The notes below the pieces were generated by a model, which saw nothing but the letters and a program-made list of their open reading frames with translations, was not told where the DNA came from and did not search any database. Position numbers and translations under genes: made by a program. A stretch of DNA of 53,738 nucleotides, filler included, from Sluysia triapertura (Eukaryota): assembly GCA_046118255.1 (NCBI GenBank). It is 4 parts of 4 records of this genome, joined end to end, with 100 filler letters (N's around TTAATTAATTAA, not from the genome) between each part and the next. Parts side by side here need not be neighbours in the genome. Positions count along the whole stretch, not along the records: positions 1 to 15,942 come from JBJNIA010214254.1; 3 more parts are not named here. The stretch is one strand, 5' to 3'. Below, piece after piece: positions 1 to 11,837 of the stretch (positions within the stretch are counted from its first letter, which is position 1; each line of letters opens with the position of its first letter).

Positions 1-756
1 ATGAATTAAAATTTTATACAATTTAAGTTATAATACAAAATAAGGTTAACAGAATAGAAAGAAAAGTAAAATTTATTATTAAAACTTTTAGAAGGCTTTA
101 ATAATTAATAATTATTAGTTTAGAGTAGATTTTACCCCTCAATATATCGGGGAACCTTAGAAATAAATTAAACTAAAGGTTATTTTAATTGGAGTTTATG
201 ATATTTGCTTTCTTAGACAAAACAAATATCAATCTTAATAGAAACTAACTACTTGTTGCATGGAATAAAAAACAGTCTTAGCTGAATATTTCGGATGTGT
301 CTTGATAGTTTGAATCCACGTAGAAAGAATAACGAATTATATCCGTTTGATAGAAATTGTGTCTGTTGAAAAGATGTAAAAAATACTGTTGATAATACTG
401 CAACTCATTTTACAAATAACTAGTTATTACAAAATGGCGGTATTGCAAATGGCGATTTTCATTGTGTTGATGCTAGTTTATATACTAGTCATCATCCAAT
501 TAAAATCGGCGGAATGTTCTAGAATGTTCTAGAACATTCTAGAAGCTTCTATGCTATTTGTAGAAACTAGTTTTCTTTTTTAAAAAATTAAATTCTTTTT
601 GGAAAATAAATTTTCTTTTTTGGAAATTAAATGTTTTTTAATTAATGTTAATTGATTTTATAATATTTTTTATGATTTTAAATAATTTTAGATAATTTTA
701 AGGCGTTATTATGTCGACTTAGAATTATTTTGTAGGGTTGTGATGGCAGCCTAACA
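1..756 (-). mobile_element. Solo-LTR-like interspersed repeat, family C, copy 1 (distal end may lie outside the window)
   Basis: Collinear similarity to 47460-48055, sharing blocks TTTACCC(C)TCAATATA, GATGCTAGTTTATATAC, CTAGAACATTCTAGAAGCTT and TGATGRCARCCTAACA. Similarity stops at the same base in both copies, reading TGTTAGG on the minus strand (LTR-type TG start). Minus-strand order is HSE array, CCAAT, TATATAAA, then AATAAA, as in a U3-R layout. No TSD confirmed. Confidence 0.6.
477..550 (-). promoter_or_regulatory. Promoter module: perfect heat-shock element array (511-550), CCAAT box (496-500), TATATAAA (477-484, minus)
   Basis: 511-550 = gGAAt gTTCt aGAAt gTTCt aGAAc aTTCt aGAAg cTTCt, i.e. 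8 alternating nGAAn pentamers matching the HSF consensus. Function is inferred. Confidence 0.65.
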
Positions 757-846
757 AAAATAAACAACAACTTCTTCGTCTCTCATGTTTCTTAGCCAGT
801 ATTTATAAAAATGTGATTCCCGAGAACACTTAAATTTTGACTCAAT

Positions 847-1149
847 TTATTTCAGATATGGATTAGTGGTCGACTTTTTTGCACGGTTATCGCCTCTAAA
901 ATTACAGTTATTAAACTTATAGTAAAATGGCACTTCTCCATAAGTTGAGAGTGCTAAAGATGATTGCGATGTGTAAGAATCACATGCATAATCTGGATTC
1001 TTCATATCAAATTTCGGAAAATAATGATTAGTAAGAATAAAATCTAATCTAATAAAAGCTTTCAGATTTATTTCATAAAAATTCATCACAATATCACTTT
1101 TACCCATAGAATTTATCTTATCTGTAGGAGAATCGTCTAAACAGTTCAA
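847..1149 (-). pseudogene. Orphan ORF fragment (100 aa), no recognisable family
   Basis: Protein-like composition and higher GC than flanks. Non-ATG start in the ORF track, no motif recognised. Confidence 0.25.
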
Positions 1150-1410
1150 ACTTGGTTTTTGTTGTCACAATTTTAACAGGTAATGCTTTTAAAATTCGTT
1201 ATTTGAATAATTCTATTATTTAAACAAAAAATTTTTGCTTCGACTTTTCAGAAAATAATAATAGTATTAAACAAATAAAATAATAATAAAAAATTAAAAA
1301 TATTAATAAAAGTAATAATGTTGGGGTAAAAGGCCTAAGCATCAAGAAAAGAAAAAAGAAAACAAACGGCTATCGACAGTAAACTGATTCCAGTACAATA
1401 AAAATAATTA

Positions 1411-2807
1411 GTGAAAACAGGCAGCAAACGAACTATGAGTGATAGAATTACCGAGTCAAATTTTCCAATCAAGACAGATTATGATTGCGAAAAATCTATG
1501 CAAGCTGGTAATAATATAATCCGTCAACGTGAACGAACAACATCAAAATTTAGTGATATTATGTTGCCATTAACAAATATAATTGTGGCTGTGTTCGAGG
1601 CTCTATTATTATGGGAAATGCGCTCTCTTATAACAAATCTATATGTTATCAAGAAATATTTCAACAAATTGTTCGATTATGTTAAAATTTTTGTGAAAGT
1701 AAACGGAACATCTCAAGTGAATAAAGAGTATCGTGTCAAGCACACTGAAATTAATGAAGTTATGAATGAAGTATGCCAGACCACGGATTTAGTAATTAAT
1801 TGGAATTATAAATACGCTACAAAATTTAAGAGAATCAAAACCAGAAGGTTACAACCAACATATGTAATTATGGTTCAAAAAATAACCGATTAGCATTATG
1901 TATTGGACAATGGCACCAATCATCTCTGGATCAAAACGTTATAACAAACAACAACTTGGAATTATTAAATCGAAATGCTAAAACCACAAGAGCAAAACTG
2001 AAGTCTGCTTATATTAAGATGAATGATATAAACAAAGATGATGAATTCAATTTGAATGAAGAACGAGGGGAATTGAAGAATGGGAATTACACAAGAAACT
2101 CATTGCTGGATGATTACAGTGGTCATGGTTATGGCAGATTCACCCGTCATTTCTCGAAGAAGGAAAAAGATTCGTGCAATGCTACGAAAGATCTACTCAA
2201 AATGAACAATTTAATCAATCATGGAGATATACAATGTAATGACTTTATAATTGATTTTATTAATGATCATTTTTACCGCCTTAAACATTTTTATATAATT
2301 TATTATAGGTTATGCAGCATGTGTGAACTTGAAGCTGGATCCAGAAATGAAAAGAAGCGGCTACCCACGAGAATAAAATACAGAAACAAAATTTTTAACT
2401 TTTTAGTAACTGTAAATAGATTTAGTTTTAAAAATGTTCTTGTCTTTAATGTGTATTTATTTTTTGTTAACAATAAATTATATTATCACGAAATAAACAA
2501 ATATAAACAAATAAGAAATATAAAAGGTGTAAATAAAGTTAATTTTAAAAATGAGTTTAGCATCCAGGTTACGGAGTCCCATGAACTTAGCGATATGATT
2601 AACCACTTAAAAAACAAAAAGATCTTTGACAATAACGACATCATCACCTTAGATAATCTTCAACAACAGGAGATTATTGAAGCTGTAACGCATACACAAA
2701 TCCATATTATTAAATCTAAACCTTTAAAGTTTGACTTTATCACAGTTATACTTGAAACTATAAGATTTAAGCTTTTTAATTGTCATCAGATTAAGTTTAA
2801 GCCCTAA
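1411..2807 (+). pseudogene. Probably one disrupted orphan gene (160-aa and 283-aa ORFs)
   Basis: A 283-codon ORF is unlikely by chance at this AT content. The first frame stays open for 16 codons after the TAG at 1891-1893 (HYVLDNGTNHLWIKTL) before the second ORF begins in another frame. A CxxC (CSMC) is present. No family recognised. Confidence 0.45.
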
Positions 2808-4323
2808 AACATAATAAAATTACGGTAACATTCGAACTTACCTCTATAATAATAATAAATAATAATATAATAATAATAAGGCTACAATAAAAGGCCTGCT
2901 CACAGAATTTTAAATGAAAATGTACTTGACTAATTCGGAGGTTTATTAATGTTATTTTCTCTATTATGTAAATAAATTCCACTTGTTTTTTAATAAATGT
3001 AACTCAACAATAATATTCTTATAATTTTCTCAACAAAATGTCTTACTGTTATACTTAAATATAATAAAACAATGATTGAGTTTGTACTTCTATTTAAAAT
3101 AATGGTTTCAAAAGCTAAATAAATATACTCCGCTTGTGAATGCTGGTCCCACTTGCGAAGGAGACCGAAAATCCATACGACCAGTTAAAAATAATACTTT
3201 GCTTAGTGGGCTCGAAGATTCAACCAATCCAATTCCCTTCCAAACATTGCTCCTGCCACTTCTCTTTCTCCTTATCTACTTCCTCAAACTGCTCCTGCTC
3301 GCTTCTGTCTATCTAATTCTACTCTTCCTAGACGATATTCCTTTGTTCTTCCATCCTCCGCTCCTCCATCTAAATCTTTTAAAATAACACCACCTCCTTC
3401 TACAAACTTATCTACACACTTACACTCTGCCCTTCCACCGGTCCGAAAATTACGCTCTGCTCTTCGGCAGAAATTCCTTCGTCGTATTCCTCCAGTTGAT
3501 GTTCCTCCTTCTTCTAATGATGTTCATTCCAATGTTCTTCCTCTTTGTGTTGTTCTTTCTTCTACTGATTCTCCTCCTTCCACTGATGTTGTTTGTATTG
3601 AAATCGCGTCCTCTTCTTCTACTTTCTCTGACAATGCTGAACGGGGATCTGTCGATCAGGATTTTTTAATGAATCTCTACATCTTCCTGTTGTAACTCTT
3701 CTCGTCCTTTTTCTATTGATTCAAAGACTTCCAAACTTAAGCGACCATATCTTTCCAGGAAAGTTAATCCTTCTGACATTTGCCATCCACAAAATCTTTT
3801 CTCTTCCGATGACATTATAACTTTTGTTGATAACCTCCACCTGTCTTCAGAGTTTCCCTTTGTATCTAATTTCTTGACCGAGTCTCTTTATCGCAACTCT
3901 CCAATCTATTCATACCTTTATTGATCATTCTAAAGTTCTTTCTGCTACCAAAATCTTTTTCTTTCTTGGTACCTTGTCTTTGCTGATAAATGCACTGGAA
4001 TTGCCGAACTTCTGGATCCTCTTTCTGTTGACCTTCATCCTTCTCAGACTGACAAGATCCTTATATCCTTTTTAGATTTTCTTCACTATAAAATCAAACT
4101 TCTTACTCAATCATCACCGCTTGTCCTCATTCTCTTTAAAGCAACTTTTTCGATTGTGGCCCTCTTCTTTGTGGATTTATCCAGCGACTCTTCTAAGAAA
4201 ACTTGTACTCGTCTTAACGCTACTTCTACTCGCCTCATTCCGAAAAACGATTGGTTGTAGCTGACAAACCTTCTTCCTCCTTTTCTTCTTATAATTCTAC
4301 TTCCGCCACTCTGTCTTTTATAT

Positions 4324-4497
4324 TGCCACATTAACCGTTGTGGCCAATCCTTCAACAACCAGCAACAACGTAATTCTCCATCTTGATTCGCATGACCTCA
4401 ATCCTTTAGATACATCTTTATTTTTCTCTCATTGTCTCTGTGTCAATTCCATCGATTCTCTGTTCCATCACTTCTAATCCATCTCCAACTTTTCATT
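4324..4497 (+). pseudogene. Two degenerate C2H2 zinc fingers of the retroelement ORF
   Basis: CHINRCGQSFNNQQQRNS(fs)HLDSH at 4324-4393, and C.(fs)CQFHRFSVPSLLIHLQL(fs)H at ~4433-4497. Confidence 0.65.
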
Positions 4498-4689
4498 TGA
4501 AATAGATTCTCTGGTTGACCTTTCAGTAAATACTGAGGACAAGTTATCATACCGACTATCTGAGACGCAGTTGAGGCTTTTCTTCGTGACTTTGAGGCTT
4601 TGACACTTCTATTAGAATCATAAAACCCACCTGTTCGATCTTTCTTCTTGCTGGTAACTTGAATGGATTTTATAGGAATTTTTCCCTTT

Positions 4690-4960
4690 CATACTTGGCT
4701 CACTGGAAGATTATTTTCTGGCCGATTCTTTGGCAGAAAAATCACTGGCTTCTTTTTATTGCTGATCGTTTCACAAGTTCTTCTTACTTTTACGATCCTC
4801 TTGGTTCCAGTGATTTGTCTCAACTGCATACCACTTTGAACTGTATCTTGAATAAGTCCTGAGGATTTCTCACTTACAATCACCATGCATCTTATACATA
4901 AAGCTACTACCCAAGCACCTGACACCACTTTCTGCGGCTTCTTCATTCTTCACTTTTCTC
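4690..4960 (+). pseudogene. Ulp1/SENP-like (peptidase C48) cysteine protease domain of the retroelement
   Basis: IFWPILWQKNHWLLFIAD...YFYDPLG (His 4743-4745, Asp 4794-4796), then after a frameshift QAPDTTFCGFFIL (Gln 4912-4914, Cys 4933-4935). This is the H-D-Q-C order of clan CE proteases. Confidence 0.8.
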
Positions 4961-7900
4961 TAATATGCAAAATTCGGTATTCAGTGTTACAGTCTTCCTT
5001 TTGACTTGAACGGAATTAAATCTCTTCTTGCTTCAACCATTGACAAAGTGCTGGAGCTTCGTTCTTCTCAGAAACTATCTAAACCAACTACTCATCCCTT
5101 CTGCTTCACGTTATCCAACTTCTCTTTTCCGGCTGTATCAATTTCACCACTGCGCTTGACATAGCACATCACACTGCTCCAGAGAACTCTTTGGCAAAGA
5201 AAAAGACCACTTCTCCATCTGATTTTCGTATGGGCAAGAAGTTTCTGGCAAAGCCAAAGGAACCTTTTCCTCTTCCTTTCTGCTGCGTAAAACTGCGACA
5301 AGACTCCTTCCGTAGTTATTCAAAAACGTCTTAGTGAAGAAACCTCAGGTACTCAATTTCCAACGATAAATTTCATCCTGTCTCACTTTTGTCCTGATGA
5401 ATTTCCAACTTTCACCGAATCCGACCTGCTTTCAATTCCGGACTTTGAAGATTTCTTGACAGATTTTCCTTTTTCTCTTGAAGAAATTAAAGCAGCTTTC
5501 TCTACTTGTGACAAATCTTCATCTCCTGGCCCCTGACAAATCTTTTCTTAACTGGAAGCAAGTCGATCCTGAGTTTTCCTTTCTTCTATTTCTTTTCAAT
5601 TTTATTCATATTACTACTGACATTCTTCAACAATGGCGACACTTTCACTCTCATCTTATTCTGAAACCGGGTAAATCTTCTGAATCAACTTTTCCTTCTT
5701 CTTGGCGTCCTATTGCTACTGTTAATACCTCTTATAGGCTTTACACCGAAATGCTCAATGCTAGACTTCTTGATTAGATCAAGCAGGTAGACTTATCTGT
5801 CCTATCCAGAAAGCTCTTATCCATCCAGATGCCTGTCTTGAGCATATTCAATCTTTGCAAACTTTACTTCACACTAGTACAACTCATTCTCCCAAATCAC
5901 CTTTGTTTGTCTGTTGGCTCGACTTTTCTAATGCTTTCGGTTCAGTTCCGCATAGTTATCTCTTCCGGTTGCTTGAAAGATAAGGTCTTCAAAAATCCAC
6001 TATTACTTTTCTTAAGAATCTTTAGAAGGACAACTTTTGTATTTACTCTCTCGGCCCTTATACATCTGTTCCTGTTCCGGTCCAGGTTGGTGTCAAGCAG
6101 GGTTGTCCCCTGTTTATGACGCTCTTTTGTCTTTCCATTGAACCACTTCTTCGTTTCGTATCTTCCAATCTTTCTCCTTTTCCCTATCTTGGTTTTGACT
6201 TCAGTTGTCTTGCTTATGCTGACGATATCATGCTTGTTTCCAATTCTTTCTCTTCTCTTCAACTTACTCTTGACAAACTCTCATAACTCTTCTTTCATCA
6301 ATCTTAAATTCCGTCCTGATAAATGCGGCTTTCTCAATACTGTTCGTTCTACTTCTTCTTCTCTTATTATTTATTAGAGTCATTTGTCTATTATCGACTC
6401 TAATTCTCGCTAAACTTATCTCGGCTCCAAGATTGGTTTTCTAAACATCTATCCATCGAAACTTTGTTTCGCACCGCCTTGTCTGATTGTTCAAAAATTC
6501 TATATACTCCTTTGCCTCCAATCCAGAAAATCAGGGCTATAAAAATCTTTATTCTTTCTCGATTTCCTAACCGTTTCAGGGCCATCAAGATCTTACGTAC
6601 TCAATTCGGCAAAGATCGGATGAATCCTAGTGACGATGATGATGACTCTCCAGCTTTTAATCATAGTTTCTCTAATCTTCTCCGTCTTGCTCTTCAAATT
6701 CACTATCAATCTACCTCTGTTGATCTTGAGAGACTTAGTTTTACTTCCTTACATTCTGAATACCTTATCCAAACCATTGTTCATTGTCTTCGAATTTTTA
6801 CTTCTTGTGACAACACTCTTCGCCGCAAACCTGATCTTATCTCTACTCTTAATTGGCTTTCCGGTTCTATCTATCATGATATGTTTCCCACTAAAGCAAC
6901 TCTTTGAGCTAATGTGAGAGACTGCTGCAAATCCATAAGAGCTAAGCATGACATTATGGTTCTTTTTGCTTTTGACAATGATTCATTTACTCTTAAACTT
7001 TCTTTGCAATCTTCTTCGTTTTCGTTTACCAATGATGAGAAGGACAATGTTACTCAAGCCTTCCATCAGTTGACTGGATTGTCCCATTTTTTAAATGACA
7101 ATCCCTGAAATGCCAGTCTGTCTTAACTCTTTCTCTGGTGCAATCTCATATGTCCAATAAACTTCTTCTTAGTTCTGAACTTCCTGACAAGACATCCTTC
7201 TTCTTACTCAAAGCTCTTAAACTCATCTCATCTTTCTTTAGGGACCATAGAAGTGACGTTGAACGCGACTCTGAATGTCAACTCTTCTCCAACCGTTCAG
7301 ATGTCCCAGACAAAGTCAAAAAACAAAGGCCGGACCTTTTCTTTCAATTAAATTCTTCTTTCTTCACTATTAATGTCAAAATTCCTTTTGATAAACTTGA
7401 ATCTTTCCCTGGCATCCACAAGGAAAACTCTCTTAAATATCTTCCTTTTTCTCAACATCTTTCTAGAATCTCTCGCTCTAAAATTATTATCTACACCTTA
7501 ATCTTTCCTTCTCTTGGCACTACTTATTCTGAAAACTTTACTGTTCTTAAATCTTTCAAATTCCTCTCCTCACAAGTCATCAAAGTAATATTCGACACTG
7601 CTTTTGGAATGATCCAATTTTCACACCGATTCTTTCCAAATCACGTCTTGTCCCGGTATCCGAATGTCACAGCAATTGGTAAAATGAAACCGAAAAAATA
7701 ACACTTCATCGAACTGATACTTTCATTAACATTTTTATCAATTTTTTTATCATGTGTGCAAATCATTTATGTTATTGCCCTCTGGCAAAGATTTATTAGT
7801 GTAAATAATAAAAGCTAGGTATTATAACAAAATAGCAAATCGAAAGTAATTTTTATAAAATATATTTTGGGATTTAGTATATTCACTGAGAAGTAACATG

Positions 7901-9795
7901 AAAGAAATATCAGTTTAAATATTTAAAAGATGGATCTTTAAATAGATTTTACTTGCATATTTAAAATTGCTGTTGCAAAATCTAAAGCTATTTTTGAGTA
8001 ATATATACTTGGTTGTTATTTAAAATATACCAAAACTTAACATAAAATAAACTAAAAATTATCAACTCAAATATAAAAACAATTTGTGTACGTCGCGTTA
8101 ATCTATAATGCGAAATCTATATGTAAATTGTATTAAGAACAAAACTGAGAATATCCTAATTATTATTATGAAATTTCGAGCGACTATTTTCTATTGAAAG
8201 ATTGTTTGACAGTAGAATTTAATTTATTTTAAAATCTTTTGCTAAGAAATCGTTTGTTGGAAATCTTTCTACTTTATTGATGAAATTGTTTATAATTTTT
8301 AGTATGAAATTGTACCTGACGCTTTAAATGTTGCTTCTTTTTAAATGCTACTTTCTATATTATATTATTATACAAAATATTTTTTTAAATTTTATTCTAA
8401 ATTTGATATTGATAATACGCTACATAGAGTTTATAAAAATAATTTATTCCGATACTCAAATCACTATTCGCAACATTATCATTTCTTCGAAAGCATATCC
8501 TAATTATCATAAATGCTAACATGTTTAAATAAATGTCAAATAATAAAAATTATGTCTTTGCATTAAAAATAAAAATTAAGTTAATTATTTACAATAATGA
8601 AAATAATCTAGGCTTTATAAAAATTATTAAAATAAGATTAATGCTTCAAAAAATAAATAACTAAATAAATAAAATAAAATTCAGATTTTACATTTTTCAT
8701 GATAATAATTAAAATCTTAATAAATTGTTGAATTTTTAATTATAGGAAAACCCATTATTAAGATTAATAAGAGTTTTAATTACTTATTGATTTTTAAAAA
8801 TTCATACACAATATTATTGAATTGAAATAACCACCTTAAATTTTGATTTATGATAAATAGAATTTAAATAATATACAAATATTAATTGATATTTTTTGTA
8901 TTCGAAAATAAAATATTGATTGGTTTTAGTTTATGGATATGTAGAAAGTGTGTGTAAGTTCAGAAATTAATAATTTATAAGTATCATTTACAGATGTCGA
9001 GTTCATTATAGAATTTTCATCAATGATAGATTGATTTCTGGTCATAATCAATTTTATTATTAATATTATCATTATTATTATTATTATTAATATTATTATT
9101 AAATTGTTTATATAGTTATGAATTTAATTTTATTAATTTTTAGAATAAAAGTCAAAATCATTGACAGATATTGAATCTTACTATTTAGCTAAATAATGCG
9201 TCCAACTGTGACGTGTAAATCTCCAACTTTAACTTATAACTTGTGACTTGAAATTCAAGTCAAATTTCTGATACGTATAAACCGTTTTTCCTTATTCAGA
9301 ATTTGTAACCAATAACTATTCATTTTTCACCACTTAAGATCCTTTTTACCAAAATAGTTTTCCTCTCATGAAATACTTATATTAGTGCCCAACTGTGGAT
9401 CAGAGAGATGAGTAAGAAACATAGAACTATAAAATGAAGGAAGAATTGATACAAAATATTGAATAAAAACAATAAAATATTGTTGGATTAAGAATGATGA
9501 AGTTGGAAATAATTGTGGTTGTGTTGAGAGCTGAAGAATACTTCTGAGTTGCAAAGACCTATATAAGGTGTTGAGACCTTGAGAAAGCTTGAGTTGGACT
9601 TGGAAAACCTTTAAAGGCATTAGAGAACCTTTGAACTTGTAAACCTTGAGATCATTTGAGACTTTATGAACCTTTAAGTATTCTTGATACCTTGATAAGC
9701 ATCTGAGATCTTCAAATAACCTTATAAAGTATTTAAAATCTTTAAAAATATTTGAGAAATAAAGTCATTGTTAATGGTATTACGAATAAATCTAA

Positions 9796-11837
9796 TGTTG
9801 GGATTGCCCAACTATGTATCAGAAAATGCCAGAGAAACATGTAGAACTATAAAATGTAGAAAAAAGTGATACCAAGTGATGGGTTGAACATTACAAGCAG
9901 TGTTGAAATAAGAATCATAAAAATAAAAATATTTATAATAATGTTAACAGCTGAAGAATACCTTAGAGTTTCAAAGACCTATATGGGATGTTGAGACCTG
10001 TAGAAGCTTGAAATAGACTTGAAAGTCCTTAGAAGATATTAGAGTACCTTTGAGCTTGTGAACGTTGGGATCATCTGAGACCTTATTAACCTTTAAGTAT
10101 TCCTGAAATCTTGATAGTCATCTAAGATCTTCGAGTAATCTTATAAAGTGTTTAAAAACTTTAAAAAATTTGAGAAATAAAATCGTTTTTCAAAATAATA
10201 AAGATAAGTTTAATGTGGTAATAATTAACATGAAGATGTAGAAAAAGGAATCAGAGAAGTGAAGTTGAAATTATCTAGAGCCTTTTGAATGCCTTATGAA
10301 CTACTAAATAACTATATAGCCTCAATGAAACCTTTAAACATAAAGTCTAAAAATAGATTAAATAGCTCTTAACTAGCCGCTAAAAATTCTTTATCGACTG
10401 TTTGATGGCAACACAAACAAAGTTATTCTGTCAAAAACGTACTACTACGTTAGCGGCTTCTGGATTTCGAATAAAAAATGACGTATTACCACGTCAACGG
10501 CCAGTAATGAGTTAATTAAAATCCTAATTAATTTAATTAATTAAGTACTTTTTGTGAATAACTTTTGAATACGGAATGCTATGTTGAATTTAAAACTGTC
10601 TATATATTTGTTTCGAAAAGACCTTTCAATGAAAGTATGGTTTGATCGAGTTCATGCAAGAAAAGCCTTAATATTGAGCAAAAAAATTTTAATTAATTTT
10701 AATTATGGAATGTTGAATTTTTAATTCTTAGAATGATACAAATGTGATGAATTCGAAATGTTTGTAGAATGGTTCGTTGGAAAATAAAAACCTTAAAACA
10801 TTTTTCATTAGAAAATTTGGTGTGAAAAATCGAAAATTAATTAAATAATAGAAAGTGAAATTAAATTCATTATTTTTATGTTTGTTAACAGTATTACTGA
10901 TTGTTATTTTAATGTGAGAGGTAATTTAAATAAAAATAGATTCAATAGAGTAAAAAGAAGTGATAGTTGATAATAGATTAGATTTCTATGTTTTGTACCT
11001 AACGAGGTATGACAAATCGTACCATGTAAATGTCAAAGTTGTTATTGTAGGTCTGTTGCTCAAAGAGGTTTGAACGATTTGTGTGAGAGAGTGTTTCGTT
11101 GTGATTGATTGGATGATGAGAGAGTATAAAAAAATTTTAAATTTTACATTCACATATTCCTGCCAAATTTGAAGATTCATGCATATGGTAATCTTTTATT
11201 TAGTTTTAGTTTTATTATTTAAAATACAATTAAAATAGAATAAATAGATAATTTATATTGGGTGAAAATATTTAATTGATAGTTTTTAAGCCATTTTTAA
11301 AAGTCATTTTAAGTTATTTTTAATAGGTTTTGGGTTACTATTTTGAAATATATTTAATTATTATCTTAATTTTAATTCATAATTTTTCTTCATTCATTAA
11401 TAAATTTGATTTTTGGGAGGATCCCTGCCCAAAATTTTTATATGTAATTTTTAACCGATATTAAGTTAGGTTAAGATTATTTGGAAATAATTAAACAATA
11501 TTATTATTATTTTTAACTTTCCAGATTGATATTTTTACTGTCTGTTGCGTCACTCCTAGTTTCTTTAGTTATATTGTAGTGTCCTTAATATCATTATAAA
11601 CGTTATTATTAATCTTTAATAATAAAATGCTATTATTAGTCAGTTTTAATAATGTTTAGTGGAGATTCATAATAATAATAAATTGTATTTTGATTTTTGT
11701 TTGACAGTAAGTTATTGTGTTATTAATTTGATTTCAAAGGGCTTAATTTTGGGATAAATAATTATTCATATTAAATAAGAGAATTTTTTAAAAACTTATA
11801 GTAATTTATAGTAATTGATAATTTGTAAAGACACAAC
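9796..11837 (+). mobile_element. Solo-LTR-like family A, inner copy (~2.0 kb)
   Basis: Starts TGTTGGGATTGCCCAACT, contains ATTGGATGATGAGAGAGTATAAAA (11108-11131) and ends AAAGACACAAC. No internal ORF. Confidence 0.72.
10366..10511. mobile_element. Small TTAA-site (piggyBac-like) MITE inside family A
   Basis: Absent from the other family A copies that span this point. Imperfect 14-bp TIR, CTCTTAACTAGCCG versus CGGCCAGTAATGAG (11/14 match). TTAA at 10358-10361 and 10512-10515. Confidence 0.6.

Larger units (their letters stand above)
3118..7809 (+). mobile_element. Decayed RLE-type non-LTR retrotransposon with NeSL-clade architecture (ZnF-ZnF-Ulp1 protease-RT-RLE)
   Basis: Sharp switch to a C/T-rich sense strand. 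RT motifs across frameshifts: SPGPD (~5523), KPGK..SSWRPIA, WLDFSNAFGSVPH (5915-5953), GVKQGCP (6089-6109), YADD (6215-6226), KFRPDKC, YLG. Endonuclease motifs RPDL..INVKIPFD..K..KY (7324-7440). AAAAGCTA flanks both sides (3110-3117 and 7810-7817) as a candidate TSD. Many stops and frameshifts. Confidence 0.9.

Noticed and set aside
4107-6949. Minus-strand K/R-rich ORFs (4107-4358, 4689-4946, 5092-5301, 5942-6262, 6400-6588, 6749-6949)
   Set aside because: Antisense shadows of the C/T-rich retrotransposon ORF.
7810-8300. Possible TAA/TAG-to-Gln genetic code extending broken frames
   Set aside because: PACRG ends at TAA at the homologous C-terminus and has no internal TAA/TAG codons.
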